This document shows positions 10,434 to 20,600 of a stretch of 64,000 nt of DNA, in pieces. Location of the stretch: the IMG/VR virus record IMGVR_UViG_3300030372_000386, positions 20,190-84,189 of that record, one strand, 5' to 3'. A model generated the notes under the pieces. It ran no database searches and was not told the DNA's origin. It saw only the letters and a list, made by a program, of their open reading frames with translations. Position 1 is the first letter of the stretch. Every line of letters starts with the position of its first letter. Position numbers and translations under genes: made by a program. Source of the DNA: a virus. Lineage: Duplodnaviria > Caudoviricetes.

Positions 10434-11578
10434 TACGCTAATCCCAATAAACTTAAAATGCCAAAGGCATCTTTATCGCTAGGCTGTGTTCCAAATCTGC
10501 TAGTAGATCTAGTAGTAGGTAACAGTCCTAATGCAGCTCGTAAATTGTCTAATCTTTTTTGAGGCTCTGCAGCAAGTCTATTAGCTGCATCAAATTCAGC
10601 TCCGTACATTTTATCTTGTATGCCTTGCGCTGTAGCACCTAATCCTTCCATTGTTTTAATTTGATTTATTAAATTACTTTGTCCAGTCGTTCCAAGATTA
10701 GCAAAGTTAGTTCCTAAAGCACCAATTCCTCTGCCTAAATTACCGTACTGACTAGCAACATTAGTTAACCCTGAACCAAACTGTCCGAACTGTCCGCCTA
10801 AGTTTCCTAGCCCTGCTCCAAACTGTCCGTACCGTCCACCTAGTTGTCCTAGTCCTGAACCAAACTGACCAAGTTGTCCACCTAATCTTCCTAGACCTTG
10901 ACCCGCTGCCATAGCAGCGTTTCTTGCGCCTTCAAAACCTTTTGAACGTATGCCGCCAACAGCTTCGGCAGCTCCTCTACCGTACGCTCTTTCTCTTTCT
11001 TGTTCCATGATTCTGCCACGAGAACCGCCAAAAGCACCTGAACTTACAGCAGACGTTCTGTTTGCCATGCTTCTTTTAGAATCCGCATCTTGTAAATCTC
11101 TTAACGTTTGCTGTACAACAGAGTCTTCATAAGGATTGTAAAAAGCACTAGCAGCACCTGGTCTAAAATAATTAGATGCTTCGCCAGTCATTTGTGTTCC
11201 TAGTCCATACAAACCTGCGCCTTGATCCACTAGACCCGCACCTCTTCCATACATGCCTGCGCCTTGATCTACTAAACCCGCACCTCTTCCATACATGCCT
11301 TGTGCCCCAGCAAGAGCTCCTTGTCCTTGACGCGTAACGTCTAGACCTTCTTGCATCATCTGTCCGCCTTGTTGTATAAATGGAGCAAAACCACCCAGAC
11401 CGCCAGCTAATTGTCTGGCAAAAAGTTGCATAGGATCTAATCCTGCGTATTGTCGAACAGGAATAGGTGTAGGTGTTTTAGCTAAACCAAACGCAGATTC
11501 CAAGAACCCACGACGCATAGCTTCAGCAAACGGCTGTTCAAAACTTACACTTGTGCTTGGATCTAAATACGCTGCCAT
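10433..11578 (-). CDS. Gly/Gln-rich internal virion (DNA transfer/pilot-like) protein
   Basis: GAFGGSR motif, heptad-like GQFGxGL repeats, translationally coupled to its neighbours. Confidence 0.65.
   Translation of the reverse strand: MAAYLDPSTSVSFEQPFAEAMRRGFLESAFGLAKTPTPIPVRQYAGLDPMQLFARQLAGGLGGFAPFIQQGGQMMQEGLDVTRQGQGALAGAQGMYGRGAGLVDQGAGMYGRGAGLVDQGAGLYGLGTQMTGEASNYFRPGAASAFYNPYEDSVVQQTLRDLQDADSKRSMANRTSAVSSGAFGGSRGRIMEQERERAYGRGAAEAVGGIRSKGFEGARNAAMAAGQGLGRLGGQLGQFGSGLGQLGGRYGQFGAGLGNLGGQFGQFGSGLTNVASQYGNLGRGIGALGTNFANLGTTGQSNLINQIKTMEGLGATAQGIQDKMYGAEFDAANRLAAEPQKRLDNLRAALGLLPTTRSTSRFGTQPSDKDAFGILSLLGLA
11214..11300. repeat. 42-bp tandem repeat, 2 copies plus partial, in frame (GMYGRGAGLVDQGA)
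   Basis: cctgcgccttgatcYactaRacccgcacctcttccatacatg at 11214-11255 and 11256-11297. Confidence 0.9.
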
Positions 11579-12504
11579 TATCCCATCCTCTCTGCTTGTT
11601 TCATTAAACTGTATAAGTTTCTAGCACCAATATTATCAGTAGCTTTTCTTGTCATTACAAACTCTCCTGGCTCTAGCCTTGCTAGTGTTATATCTCCAGG
11701 GCCTTCTCTTTTGCCTGCACCGTGTACGCCGCCGTGTTTCATTCCAGGAGGCGGTGCATTAGCGTAACCTACGCCTGGCATTAATGCAGGCTGTAAATTA
11801 AACACTCTGTAATCAGGCATACTACCAATACCTTGACCGCCTGCTGCAAACGCTTGTTGTCCTACAGGAACAATATCTGATGGACCTTCATCTTTTTTAG
11901 ATAGGTAGTTTGCTAGTAATAGTTTAACTAAAGGACTACTTAAAAGTCCTCCGCCTTCATCGCCTCCGCCTAATAATCCGCCTAAAATTCCTGTTATTCC
12001 ACCGCTTGTGTTTCCGCCTCCTTCTTTTTGAGAAGCTTTACCAAAAATTATTTGTTCTAAAAGACCTTGTTCGTCATCTGTTCCTAAAAAAGTGTCTTTT
12101 AAATACGGTCCTATACCTAATCCAAAAATACCTTTGTATTCTTCAGGAGAATACGTTCCTTCTGGATCAACAGTATTAATTCCTCCCCCTGTTAAAATAT
12201 CGTACATAAATTCAGGATCTGATTCGTATAAATATGCAAAAGGATCATCTGCATCATATCCTATAGGATTTATAGTGCTGTAAACAGAGTCTGGATCATC
12301 TTGTAAAGCATTGTAAAGATCAGCAAAATCTGAGTCTGAATTTAATAAATCAGCAAAAGCAGATTCGGAACTAGAAGTGTCTACATTAGAAGAACCGCTT
12401 TCTGTAGGACTAGCTTCATCACTTCCAAAAATAAAGTCTCCTACTCCTGATGTGTAAGGATTGCTCCCTAACAATGTTTCTAATCCTTTTAAAAATAAGC
12501 TCAT
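11578..12504 (-). CDS. Putative internal virion protein
   Basis: Acidic, with C-terminal MKHGG...GPGDITLARLEPGEFVMT. Likely start is MSLFLKG at 12504. Confidence 0.6.
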   Translation of the reverse strand: MSLFLKGLETLLGSNPYTSGVGDFIFGSDEASPTESGSSNVDTSSSESAFADLLNSDSDFADLYNALQDDPDSVYSTINPIGYDADDPFAYLYESDPEFMYDILTGGGINTVDPEGTYSPEEYKGIFGLGIGPYLKDTFLGTDDEQGLLEQIIFGKASQKEGGGNTSGGITGILGGLLGGGDEGGGLLSSPLVKLLLANYLSKKDEGPSDIVPVGQQAFAAGGQGIGSMPDYRVFNLQPALMPGVGYANAPPPGMKHGGVHGAGKREGPGDITLARLEPGEFVMTRKATDNIGARNLYSLMKQAERMG

Positions 12505-12529
12505 AATTCTCTCTATATTATATTTTTTT

Positions 12530-13009
12530 CTATTCGTTGTCTTGTTTGTTAGAAGCCCCAAAATAAAACGATATGATAGCACTTGCTAAGCCACCAAGGT
12601 AGCCTAATACAAGGTTTATCAACGCTTCTGAGTTTTGTTCTGGGGGCTGGATAGTAACTAAAAATATGTAGCCCATAAACCCACCTACAACAAAGATGCC
12701 TATGATTCTAGCTGTCCAATCTTTACTAAACTTCCCTCTCGCATCTTGTACATCTGCAGTCTCCAATGCAAATAGATCTATGTCCAGCTTTTTCATCTGG
12801 ACTTCAAAATCTGTCTCTACTTTTTTTAACTGAGCTAATTGCTCAGGAGTGGCTGACTCCATGGCCTTCTGTATTTTCTTTGGCTCAGGATCACATCCTA
12901 ATACCTCAGAAAGCATGTTTGCGGCCATGCCGCCCATAGGGCCACCTAATGCAGTTCCTAAAGTAGGAGCTACTGTTCCTACAAGACTTTTTAATATTCC
13001 TAGTTTCAT
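12530..13009 (-). CDS. Putative holin / membrane protein
   Basis: N-terminal amphipathic VAPTLGTALGGP, two C-terminal TM segments ending SFYFGAS. The ATG at 13009 overlaps the upstream stop. Confidence 0.6.
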   Translation of the reverse strand: MKLGILKSLVGTVAPTLGTALGGPMGGMAANMLSEVLGCDPEPKKIQKAMESATPEQLAQLKKVETDFEVQMKKLDIDLFALETADVQDARGKFSKDWTARIIGIFVVGGFMGYIFLVTIQPPEQNSEALINLVLGYLGGLASAIISFYFGASNKQDNE

Positions 13010-13305
13010 TAACACTTCCACCTTCTGCGCGCTTGCCTAATCCTTGAATTAGGATCGTTTCTAGTTTTAGCAGAGCTTCTCTTTAATTGACCTAATGATC
13101 TTGCGCAATAAGATTTACGTCTTTTAGCTGCTTTGCTACCTTTTTTAACCTTACCTGTCACAGCTGTTTTCAGCTTAGAACCAGGGTTAGCTTTCCTGTA
13201 AGCACGTACGCCTTTCTTAGTCATACCCGCACCTTTCTTGGTAGGACGGTAGTTACCGCCTTTACCAGTAGTTTTGCGTATTGGTTTAGCTTTTTTTCGT
13301 GCCAC
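13009..13305 (-). CDS. Lys/Arg-rich basic protein (98 aa)
   Basis: Extreme K/R content; contains RRKSYCARS; coupled start/stop. Confidence 0.75.
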   Translation of the reverse strand: MARKKAKPIRKTTGKGGNYRPTKKGAGMTKKGVRAYRKANPGSKLKTAVTGKVKKGSKAAKRRKSYCARSLGQLKRSSAKTRNDPNSRIRQARRRWKC

Positions 13306-13618
13306 GTCTTCTTCTCTTAGTTGTTGTTCTTTTCTTAGCTGCAGGTTTTTTCTTTACTATAGTACGGACATTAGTAGGTTTACCTCCTGGATTACCCGCT
13401 GCTCTTTTTCTTTTTACTGCACTCTTTCTTTGCCCTGCTGTCATGCTTTTAGCTTTAGATCTCGGTACACATTTAGGATACTTACGCTTACTGCCTTTAG
13501 CAGACTTTCTACCACATGCTTGGAACTTACCTTTTTTCTTAGGTGCACCTATGTCCACCCAATCACCTTTAGGTCCTTTTCCAAACCATGCGGTTAGTCC
13601 GCCTTTAGGCTTAGCCAT
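13286..13618 (-). CDS. Lys/Arg-rich basic protein (110 aa)
   Basis: GDWVDIG...YPKCVP motifs; K/R-rich tail. Confidence 0.75.
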   Translation of the reverse strand: MAKPKGGLTAWFGKGPKGDWVDIGAPKKKGKFQACGRKSAKGSKRKYPKCVPRSKAKSMTAGQRKSAVKRKRAAGNPGGKPTNVRTIVKKKPAAKKRTTTKRRRRGTKKS

Positions 13619-13809
13619 TATGCGTACTTACCTCCACGCTTTTTGTACGTACGCACTAACCAGCCATTAGCATACGCAGAAGGATAGACCTCAAACTTCT
13701 TTTTAGCCTCAGCTTTTACTCTTGAATACAAGGCTGGGTTAGTAGGTTTAGCCCCACCTTTCTTTTTTGTAGGTTTTCTTTTCTTCGCTGGTTTTTTTCT
13801 AGGAGCCAT
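13618..13809 (-). CDS. Lys-rich basic protein (63 aa)
   Basis: YPSAYANGWLVRTYKKRGG; TAATG coupling. Confidence 0.75.
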   Translation of the reverse strand: MAPRKKPAKKRKPTKKKGGAKPTNPALYSRVKAEAKKKFEVYPSAYANGWLVRTYKKRGGKYA

Positions 13810-13919
13810 TATTTTTTCTTCCTTCTTCTAAGTTTTTTAAAGTCTGCTCCTGTAATCTTGTTACGGGGCTTAGCTACTTTAGCTATCTTCTTTTGTTTAG
13901 GTGACAGTTTCTTTGCCAT
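13809..13919 (-). CDS. Basic mini-protein, 36 aa (not in ORF track): MAKKLSPKQKKIAKVAKPRNKITGADFKKLRRRKKK
   Basis: Hand-translated; TAATG coupling at both ends. Confidence 0.7.
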   Translation of the reverse strand: MAKKLSPKQKKIAKVAKPRNKITGADFKKLRRRKKK

Positions 13920-14047
13920 TATTTTCTCCTTTTTGCAGTTCTAGCTGCTCTTTTAAAATCACTAGCCTTAGGCGCACCTTTGGCTCCTTTCTTTCTCATT
14001 TTTCGTCCTGACGCTCTTTTTTTATGTATATTTCTATATAAACTCAT
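13919..14047 (-). CDS. Basic mini-protein, 42 aa (not in ORF track): MSLYRNIHKKRASGRKMRKKGAKGAPKASDFKRAARTAKRRK
   Basis: Hand-translated; TAATG coupling at both ends. Confidence 0.7.
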   Translation of the reverse strand: MSLYRNIHKKRASGRKMRKKGAKGAPKASDFKRAARTAKRRK

Positions 14048-14115
14048 TAAGGTCTCCTCAGTTTCTTTTTATAGTTTGACACATTTTTTACTTTCTTTTT
14101 AGTTCTTTTAGCCAT
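14047..14115 (-). CDS. Basic mini-protein, 22 aa (not in ORF track): MAKRTKKKVKNVSNYKKKLRRP
   Basis: Hand-translated; overlaps the lysozyme stop and the next ATG. Confidence 0.6.
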   Translation of the reverse strand: MAKRTKKKVKNVSNYKKKLRRP

Positions 14116-14551
14116 TCAACATCTTTTCCCTAAGCCTTACAGCTCGGTCTCCAACCTGAGTTGCCCACTTGCTGTCCATCATTTCTGCAGCTGCTGTTTC
14201 CCAATCTTCATCTTTTGCTGCGGCTAAAAACTTTTTAAATTTACTAAGTCTAGGGTAGCCTAAGTTGAAGCACATATTGGCCAATACACGTTGCCTTGTA
14301 TCGTTTAAGCCGCGCCACCATTGTAAATTCTTATCTAGTTCTTTGCACACGATGTCCACGTCTGCATTCAAACAATCTTTAACTCTTTGTTCTGACACAG
14401 GTGTTCCTAAAGGTTGTCCGTGTTCTTCGTCTTTTTCTGTAATTAAATGGCCTACACCAAATGTAGCGTATCCAAGATGATCATTATAAATTTCATGAAT
14501 AATACCCTCATCTAACATAAGCTCTTCTAATAACTTAACTCTATCCATCAT
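14108..14551 (-). CDS. T4-type (GH24) lysozyme/endolysin
   Basis: DEG...YNDHLGYATFGVGHL (E-D-T catalytic triad), MCFNLG, EMMDSKWATQVGDRA. The real start overlaps the upstream stop (ATGA at 14551). Confidence 0.88.
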   Translation of the reverse strand: MMDRVKLLEELMLDEGIIHEIYNDHLGYATFGVGHLITEKDEEHGQPLGTPVSEQRVKDCLNADVDIVCKELDKNLQWWRGLNDTRQRVLANMCFNLGYPRLSKFKKFLAAAKDEDWETAAAEMMDSKWATQVGDRAVRLREKMLNG

Positions 14552-14871
14552 ATTGTTATTGTTGTTGCCCCACCTGTTGACACTGTAATTTTGCCTAAAG
14601 AAGCAACGCCTTCTACGCCGAACTGTTCTCTTTCGTACAGTATTATCCATTCTTCACCATTCCATAGTTGTAGTTCTTTTGTAGACAAGTTCCATATAAT
14701 ATCGCCTTGTTCAAATTTGTTTTCGTTGCGTTGTGTTTCGTTAAAAGCAGGAGTAGCACCTACATCTACTTTACCTAAACTCAACTCTAAAACTCTAACT
14801 AATCTGTTAAATGTTTCAGGAGATATTTCTCCCATGGCTATTGGTAATTTTGTTTCTAGTATTTTAGCCAT
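14548..14871 (-). CDS. Virion structural protein (tail-associated)
   Basis: Operon position; coupled with neighbours. Confidence 0.55.
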   Translation of the reverse strand: MAKILETKLPIAMGEISPETFNRLVRVLELSLGKVDVGATPAFNETQRNENKFEQGDIIWNLSTKELQLWNGEEWIILYEREQFGVEGVASLGKITVSTGGATTITI

Positions 14872-16760
14872 TACCTTCTGCCATTTGGTTTTAAATCCAT
14901 CCTTGTAGTACCTACTCTAAATCCTACGCCTAATCTAGCTCCTAAGGAATTATCATCATCAGATTCTATTCTAAGAGCAGCTTGTCTTGCTCTTAGCCTT
15001 GTATCTATCTTTGTTGTAGTTGCAGTGCATGTGTTTGTTGAATCCGTAGCCAAGCTTTCTCCTGGAAAGTTTCTTTGTTTTAAAACGAAGTTAATCGTCT
15101 GATCAGAGCCTCCATTTCCTGTAAATTTAACATCAGGGATGATCCTGCTTATTGACTGAAACTGTTCTCCACTTCCTAATGCAAAGTCACTAGATTCTAT
15201 AAACACGTTATCCATAGGAGACCCATCGTCATCGTTGCCCGTCTCATGATTATACAGATAGCCTGTACCCGAAGGTTCAGTGTAGGTCGCCATTGGATTA
15301 TTAAAAATGCCCTCGTCTATCCAAGAACTTCTAGTCATTTCTCCTATAGTCCAAGTGCCTTCTCCATAATTATATACAACGTATTTATCTATACTCGTAG
15401 CATCTTCTGAACAGTAATACCAACCTACTTCATCGAATTCTTTGTTTAAGAATCCAAATACTTGGAAAGCTTGTCCTTCATTTAAGTCACTAAATACATA
15501 GTTTTGAACGCTACATGGAATATCTTGTACTGTTCCGTTATAGGTATAAAAACCTTTTTTATCCATCCAAAAGATACCTTTAGGACTGTTTACTGCGGCA
15601 TTTGGTCCAATAAGGCCTACACCTTCGTTTATTAGATTGACTCCAAAAGTAAAAGGCTGACCAACAAAAGTTAATGAATAAAGAGAAGTATCTGTCCAGA
15701 CTAATGTTTCTTGCCTAGCTCTGACTGCTCCTACGATAGAAGATCCTGCGGAAAGCCTTAATGACCCTGCAGTGTTATTAGGTAGGGGCTCCCACTGCGT
15801 TACGTTTTCTTGGTCGCTCCAAGCTATTAATAAAGGATCAGAAGCACTGGTTCTTAAATTATCAGCGTTAAGTGGATCAGCTCCAAAACAAAGAACGTGT
15901 CTGTCTATGTCACTTACTAATACTTGTAAGGCAACAGTTGGAGCTTTATTTGAACCGCTTAAAGCTGTCAGCGCAACTGCTCTTTGAGAAGTACCTGAAC
16001 TTTCGTCCCAATAGAAGACACCTCCGCCTCTAGGATTCAGAACTAAGTCTTCACCAAAGTTATCATGCGACCATAATCGTAATTGACTAGACGCTGATAT
16101 AGGGCTAACAGATCCAAAAGTTCCTGCACCCCAAGTTCCTGCACCCCAACCAGAACCTTCTACATACACATCCAGTCCTACGTTAATTTGATACGCTCCA
16201 ACTACAGAACTACCTCCATTACCGCTGTCACTAGCGTTTGCTGTGACTGTAGCTCCTGATGTGTCTTTAGCCGTTATTGTGTATGTATTTGTTCCTGTGA
16301 CGAACAGTATTTGGTATTCTTGGTTTAGTACAGCAGCAGTAACGTTTCCTCCTAAACTAGATGCTCCACTAAAAGTCACAAAATCATTAGTAGCTGCCCC
16401 GTGGCTTGCGTCGGTAACTGTTATTGTAGAGCTGCCGTTAGTTGCTGCAAAAGTTACGTCACCAGCAGAAGTTGTTGTTCTAAGAGGAGTAATATCATTA
16501 AAATTATCCCCTTGTTTAATGTAATATTTTAAAGTTGTTCCTACACCTAAGTATCTAGTAAGTTCTAGATCAACCCAAGCATGTAGCCCTCTGGCTGTAC
16601 CTACAAAAGTATTTAAAGTAGCTTTAGCCCACCCTCCAATTTTTTCTGGAAGTCCTTTACGAAATCGAACGAGATTAGCGTCAAACCATCCACCGTCATT
16701 AGAATAGTCTGTTCCCTCTCGATTTATTCCTGGTCGAAATATAAATTTCTCTAATGCCAT
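14871..16760 (-). CDS. Putative tail nozzle / tail tubular B-like (DNA stabilisation) protein
   Basis: 629 aa, beta-rich, with conserved-looking N-terminus PGINREGTDYS..GGWFDANLVRFRKGLPEKIGGW; podophage tail position. Confidence 0.6.
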   Translation of the reverse strand: MALEKFIFRPGINREGTDYSNDGGWFDANLVRFRKGLPEKIGGWAKATLNTFVGTARGLHAWVDLELTRYLGVGTTLKYYIKQGDNFNDITPLRTTTSAGDVTFAATNGSSTITVTDASHGAATNDFVTFSGASSLGGNVTAAVLNQEYQILFVTGTNTYTITAKDTSGATVTANASDSGNGGSSVVGAYQINVGLDVYVEGSGWGAGTWGAGTFGSVSPISASSQLRLWSHDNFGEDLVLNPRGGGVFYWDESSGTSQRAVALTALSGSNKAPTVALQVLVSDIDRHVLCFGADPLNADNLRTSASDPLLIAWSDQENVTQWEPLPNNTAGSLRLSAGSSIVGAVRARQETLVWTDTSLYSLTFVGQPFTFGVNLINEGVGLIGPNAAVNSPKGIFWMDKKGFYTYNGTVQDIPCSVQNYVFSDLNEGQAFQVFGFLNKEFDEVGWYYCSEDATSIDKYVVYNYGEGTWTIGEMTRSSWIDEGIFNNPMATYTEPSGTGYLYNHETGNDDDGSPMDNVFIESSDFALGSGEQFQSISRIIPDVKFTGNGGSDQTINFVLKQRNFPGESLATDSTNTCTATTTKIDTRLRARQAALRIESDDDNSLGARLGVGFRVGTTRMDLKPNGRR

Positions 16761-16767
16761 CTTTCAT

Positions 16768-16950
16768 TTATATTAATTTGTCTATACCTAAAGACGCTGC
16801 AGTCAAGCCATATAAGCCCCACATAATGTACTCAAGTCTTCTAAACTTAGCAGAGCCTTCATCTAATCTTTTTTCTATATTTTCATAGCGAATAGCACAT
16901 TCCTTTTCGTGTGTGCTAATTTGATGTATTGCGTCTTTAGTTGTAGCCAT
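16768..16950 (-). CDS. Small coiled-coil + TM protein (XhlA/holin-like)
   Basis: HEKECAIRYENIEKRL followed by a C-terminal hydrophobic helix. Confidence 0.5.
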   Translation of the reverse strand: MATTKDAIHQISTHEKECAIRYENIEKRLDEGSAKFRRLEYIMWGLYGLTAASLGIDKLI

Positions 16951-17129
16951 TATTTTTTCTTTTTAGGCCTACCTCTTTTTTTCTTTTTAACTTTTACAGT
17001 AGTGTAAGCTTCATTAACGTTTGGTGTGGTTTTATCGTCTGCTACAAATTGACCTTCGTCAGTTCTAGCCCTTACAGTTTTTTCTTCTATGCGTCTAATT
17101 TTGTTCCAAAGATTCTTCAACCACTTCAT
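16950..17129 (-). CDS. Small basic protein with RARxxxGxFxADDxxTPxVNEA motif
   Basis: Likely start is MKWLKNLW; homologous to 48742..49095. Confidence 0.6.
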   Translation of the reverse strand: MKWLKNLWNKIRRIEEKTVRARTDEGQFVADDKTTPNVNEAYTTVKVKKKKRGRPKKKK

Positions 17130-17349
17130 CTTCTTTCTCCTGGTTAGGTTCTTCAACAACTTCTAAAGTGCTTTGATAAGCTACTAATGCAGTTACTCTT
17201 ATATCTAATTGATATTGTATGTTTGCTAGTTGCTCTTGAAGACTTTGTATTTCTTGTTGCAAAGTTTCTGTATAAGCTATTCTTTTCTGTAGTTGAGGAT
17301 CTACAGGCTGTTCTGTAGCCTCTTGTTCTATTGAGTTAGTTTCTTCCAT
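17095..17349 (-). CDS. Acidic coiled-coil hypothetical protein
   Basis: Heptad pattern; lies downstream of the fibre. Confidence 0.55.
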   Translation of the reverse strand: MEETNSIEQEATEQPVDPQLQKRIAYTETLQQEIQSLQEQLANIQYQLDIRVTALVAYQSTLEVVEEPNQEKEDEVVEESLEQN

Positions 17350-17657
17350 TATGAATTAGCTGCTATATAAGCTTTACCAGTTGTTACTCCACCACTACAA
17401 GTAGTTTTTTTACTTGAAGATGAACCTTTTACGTTAGGTGTGTCATCATCTGAATCAACAGGTTCGTAAAGCAAGATAGTTTCTAAGTGGTCAACATTAC
17501 GTTGTACTACTGCATTTATCTCGGCTTGAGTCCAAGTTGTATCAGCGTCTGCTGAACCTTCAACATGAATTGATTTCTTACCATTCGTATTTATGTCGTT
17601 GATAACTGTTACGCTATCTTCTGCTGCTGTTAAACATTCTGCTACTGTTTGAGCCAT
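17349..17657 (-). CDS. Hypothetical protein (possible fibre assembly factor)
   Basis: Immediately downstream of the tail fibre; RBS GGAGA. Confidence 0.55.
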   Translation of the reverse strand: MAQTVAECLTAAEDSVTVINDINTNGKKSIHVEGSADADTTWTQAEINAVVQRNVDHLETILLYEPVDSDDDTPNVKGSSSSKKTTCSGGVTTGKAYIAANS

Positions 17658-17658
17658 A

Positions 17659-20600
17659 TTATTCTCCGTTTAATTTACTTTCTAATTCTTCGACTTTTGC
17701 CGAAAGTTCTTGTACTGCTTTAACCATAATTGGAAGTAAAGCTGTTTCACCAACTCTTTGTCTACCATCGGTTTCATCTTCAGTCCACATATCAAAGCCA
17801 TCTTTAAAATTATATTTATCTATAGCTTCTTTTACTTCTTGAGCTATAAACCCATGATGTGAGCCTCCACCCATAACTCGTTCTTCAGAATCAGCTACAT
17901 GAGCTCTTAATTCGTTTGGAACATCTTTTTCTTTTTTCCATTTAAAAGTAACAGGTCTTAATTCATTTATAAAAGACAGTCCAATTTTTTCATCTTCTAT
18001 GTTTTCTTTAAGTCGTACATCAGAAGGATTACTCCAACTTGTAGAATTTAATGCACAAGATAAATCTGTTGCAGCATATCCAAAAGTAACAGTAGAATTA
18101 CCTTGACCTTCTGCGTTATATCCAAAAACTAACTGACTAACTGCACTCGCAGAATTAGCATGAGCATACGCACCTATACAAGTATTGTCACTTCCTGTTG
18201 TAATGGATGTAGAATAATGTCCCGCTTGGTAGCCCATAAATGTATTAGTACTTCCTGTACTAACATTGTTTCCCGCATAAGTACCTGCAACTGTGTTATA
18301 TCCTCCTGTGCAATTTGTTAAAGCATCTGCACCGAGAGCTACGTTATATCCATTAGTTGTAACTGCATCCAAAGCACCTGCACCCAATGCTGTGTTTAAA
18401 GTACCTGTAGTGTTTCCTGCTAAAGCTGCATGTCCAACAGCAGTATTAAATGCTCCTGTTGTACTATTTGATAAAGCAGTATATCCAATACCTATATTGT
18501 AACTTGCTGTTGTGTTTGCATCTAAAGCATAAGGACCTATAGCAACATTAGCTGCACCAGTGGTGTTTGTTACTAAAGAATGATAACCAACAGCAGTATT
18601 ATCGCTTGCTGTTGTATTATTATTTAAAGCAAAAGTACCTATAGCAACATTTGTTCCGCCTGTAGTACATTCCGTAAGAGCATCTTTACCTATAGCAGTA
18701 TTTCTGATACCTGTTGTACAGGCATCTAGTGCTGATTGTCCTATCGCTATGTTTGAGTGCCCTGTGGTATTAGCAGCTAATGCTGCAAGACCTACCGCAA
18801 CATTATTATCGCCTGTAGTAGTGGCTGTCAGAGCGTTTACACCTACTGCTGTATTATTTGCTCCTGTGGTGGCTAAGTTTAACGCTGCATAACCAACAGC
18901 TACATTTTGACTAGATGTTGTTAGTGTCTGTAAAGCATAGTTACCTACTGCGGTGTTGTAGCCTCCTGTGGTTACATCATTTAAAGCATTAAAACCTAAT
19001 CCAGTATTATGAACTCCTGTGGTATTAGCAGTTAGAGCAGCAGTTCCAAGTGCAGTATTGTTAGTTCCTGTGGTGTTGGCAGCTAAAGCATTTGAACCTA
19101 CAGCAGTGTTTGCAGAACCTGTTGTATTAGCGTACAAAGTACTATAACCAATTGCTGTAATATTTGCAGCTGTGGTGTTAGCGCGTAAAGTTGCTTTTCC
19201 TACAGCAGTATTATTTGCTCCTGTAGTATTAGACAACATAGATTCATACCCAATAGAAACACTATCACTCGCTGTAGTATTAGCGTTCATACTTGAAGAA
19301 CCAATAGCAACATTACGTGCGCCTGTCGTATTTGTATAAAAAGCAGCTCTGCCCACAACTGTGTTTGAATCGCCTGTTGTGTTACTAACAGCAGCATATT
19401 CTCCTACTGCTATGTTAGCAGAACCCGTAGTGGTAGCAGAAAGTGCACCATATCCAAGACCTGTATTGCCATCTGCTGTGGTAGCTGCGTCTAAAGCTAG
19501 AGCACCTAATGCTGTGTTTCTTGTTCCTGTGGTATTTAAAATTAAGGCAGCAGTACCAACAGCAGTATTATAATTAGCAGTTGTATTAGCCCCTAAAGCT
19601 TCACTTCCTACTGCTGTGTTAGCTGCTCCCGTAGTATTAGCATCTAAAGCTTGATAACCTATACCAACATTTTCTGTTCCTGTGGTGTTCGTTGTTAATG
19701 CTGACTTACCTAATGCTGCTCCTCTGTTTCCTGTAGTGTTCGCTCCAAGTGCTGCTTCACCTACTGCTGTATTGTTATCTGCAGTAGTGTTTGCATCTAA
19801 AGCCTCTTTACCAACTGCAACATTATTAGCTCCTGTGGTGTTGGCTGTTAAAGCATCCCTACCAACAGCAGTATTGCTAGATGCTGTGGTATTAGCAGCT
19901 AATGCATCTTTTCCTATAGCAGTATTATAATAGCCTGTAGTGTTTGCTGTTAAAGCGTGATAACCAACTGCTGTGTTCTCATCTGCTGTAGTGTTAGCAT
20001 CTAAAGCCTGATAACCTACTGCAACATTATTAGCTCCAGTCGTATTTGCAATCATTGCAGAGTTACCTAAACCTGTGTTGTATGCTCCAGTTGTGTTTGC
20101 CATAAGAGCAGCCGAACCTACTCCTGTATTATTAGAAGCTGTGGTGTTAGCTATTGCAACATTTCTTACACCTGTAGTGTTATCATTCAAAGCTAAGTAA
20201 CCTACTGCTGTGTTATCATCGCCAGTAGTCAAAGCTCCAAAGACATCAACACCTAAACCTGTATTGTAGTTAGCAGCATCTATAGTTCCTGTAGTCGTAT
20301 CTCCAATCATTATAGAGCTTGTGCCAAATGCTTTACTGCTTATATCATTTATAGCACCAACACTTAAACTGGCAAAAGCGTCTGTTACTGCTGCTCCAGA
20401 GCCAGCACCATCTAGGTAAACTGCTTTTACATTTCCAGGAGGTATTGTTACGTTAGCTCCAGAACCTTGCGAAATGATAATGTTTTGAGAACCACTTGTT
20501 CCGTTCTCTATAAATTGCATCCTACTTATAGTGTTTGGTGCAATCGTAATCGTACAAGCCGAGTCTAGTGTACCTGTGTATTTAAGATACATAGCTCTAC

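Noticed and set aside
14552-14650. N-terminal extensions in the ORF track (lysozyme from 14650; also 12582, 13021, 17159, 41195, 43572, 46557)
   Set aside because: Downstream ATGs have clear RBS or stop-start coupling; the extensions overlap upstream genes or promoters.
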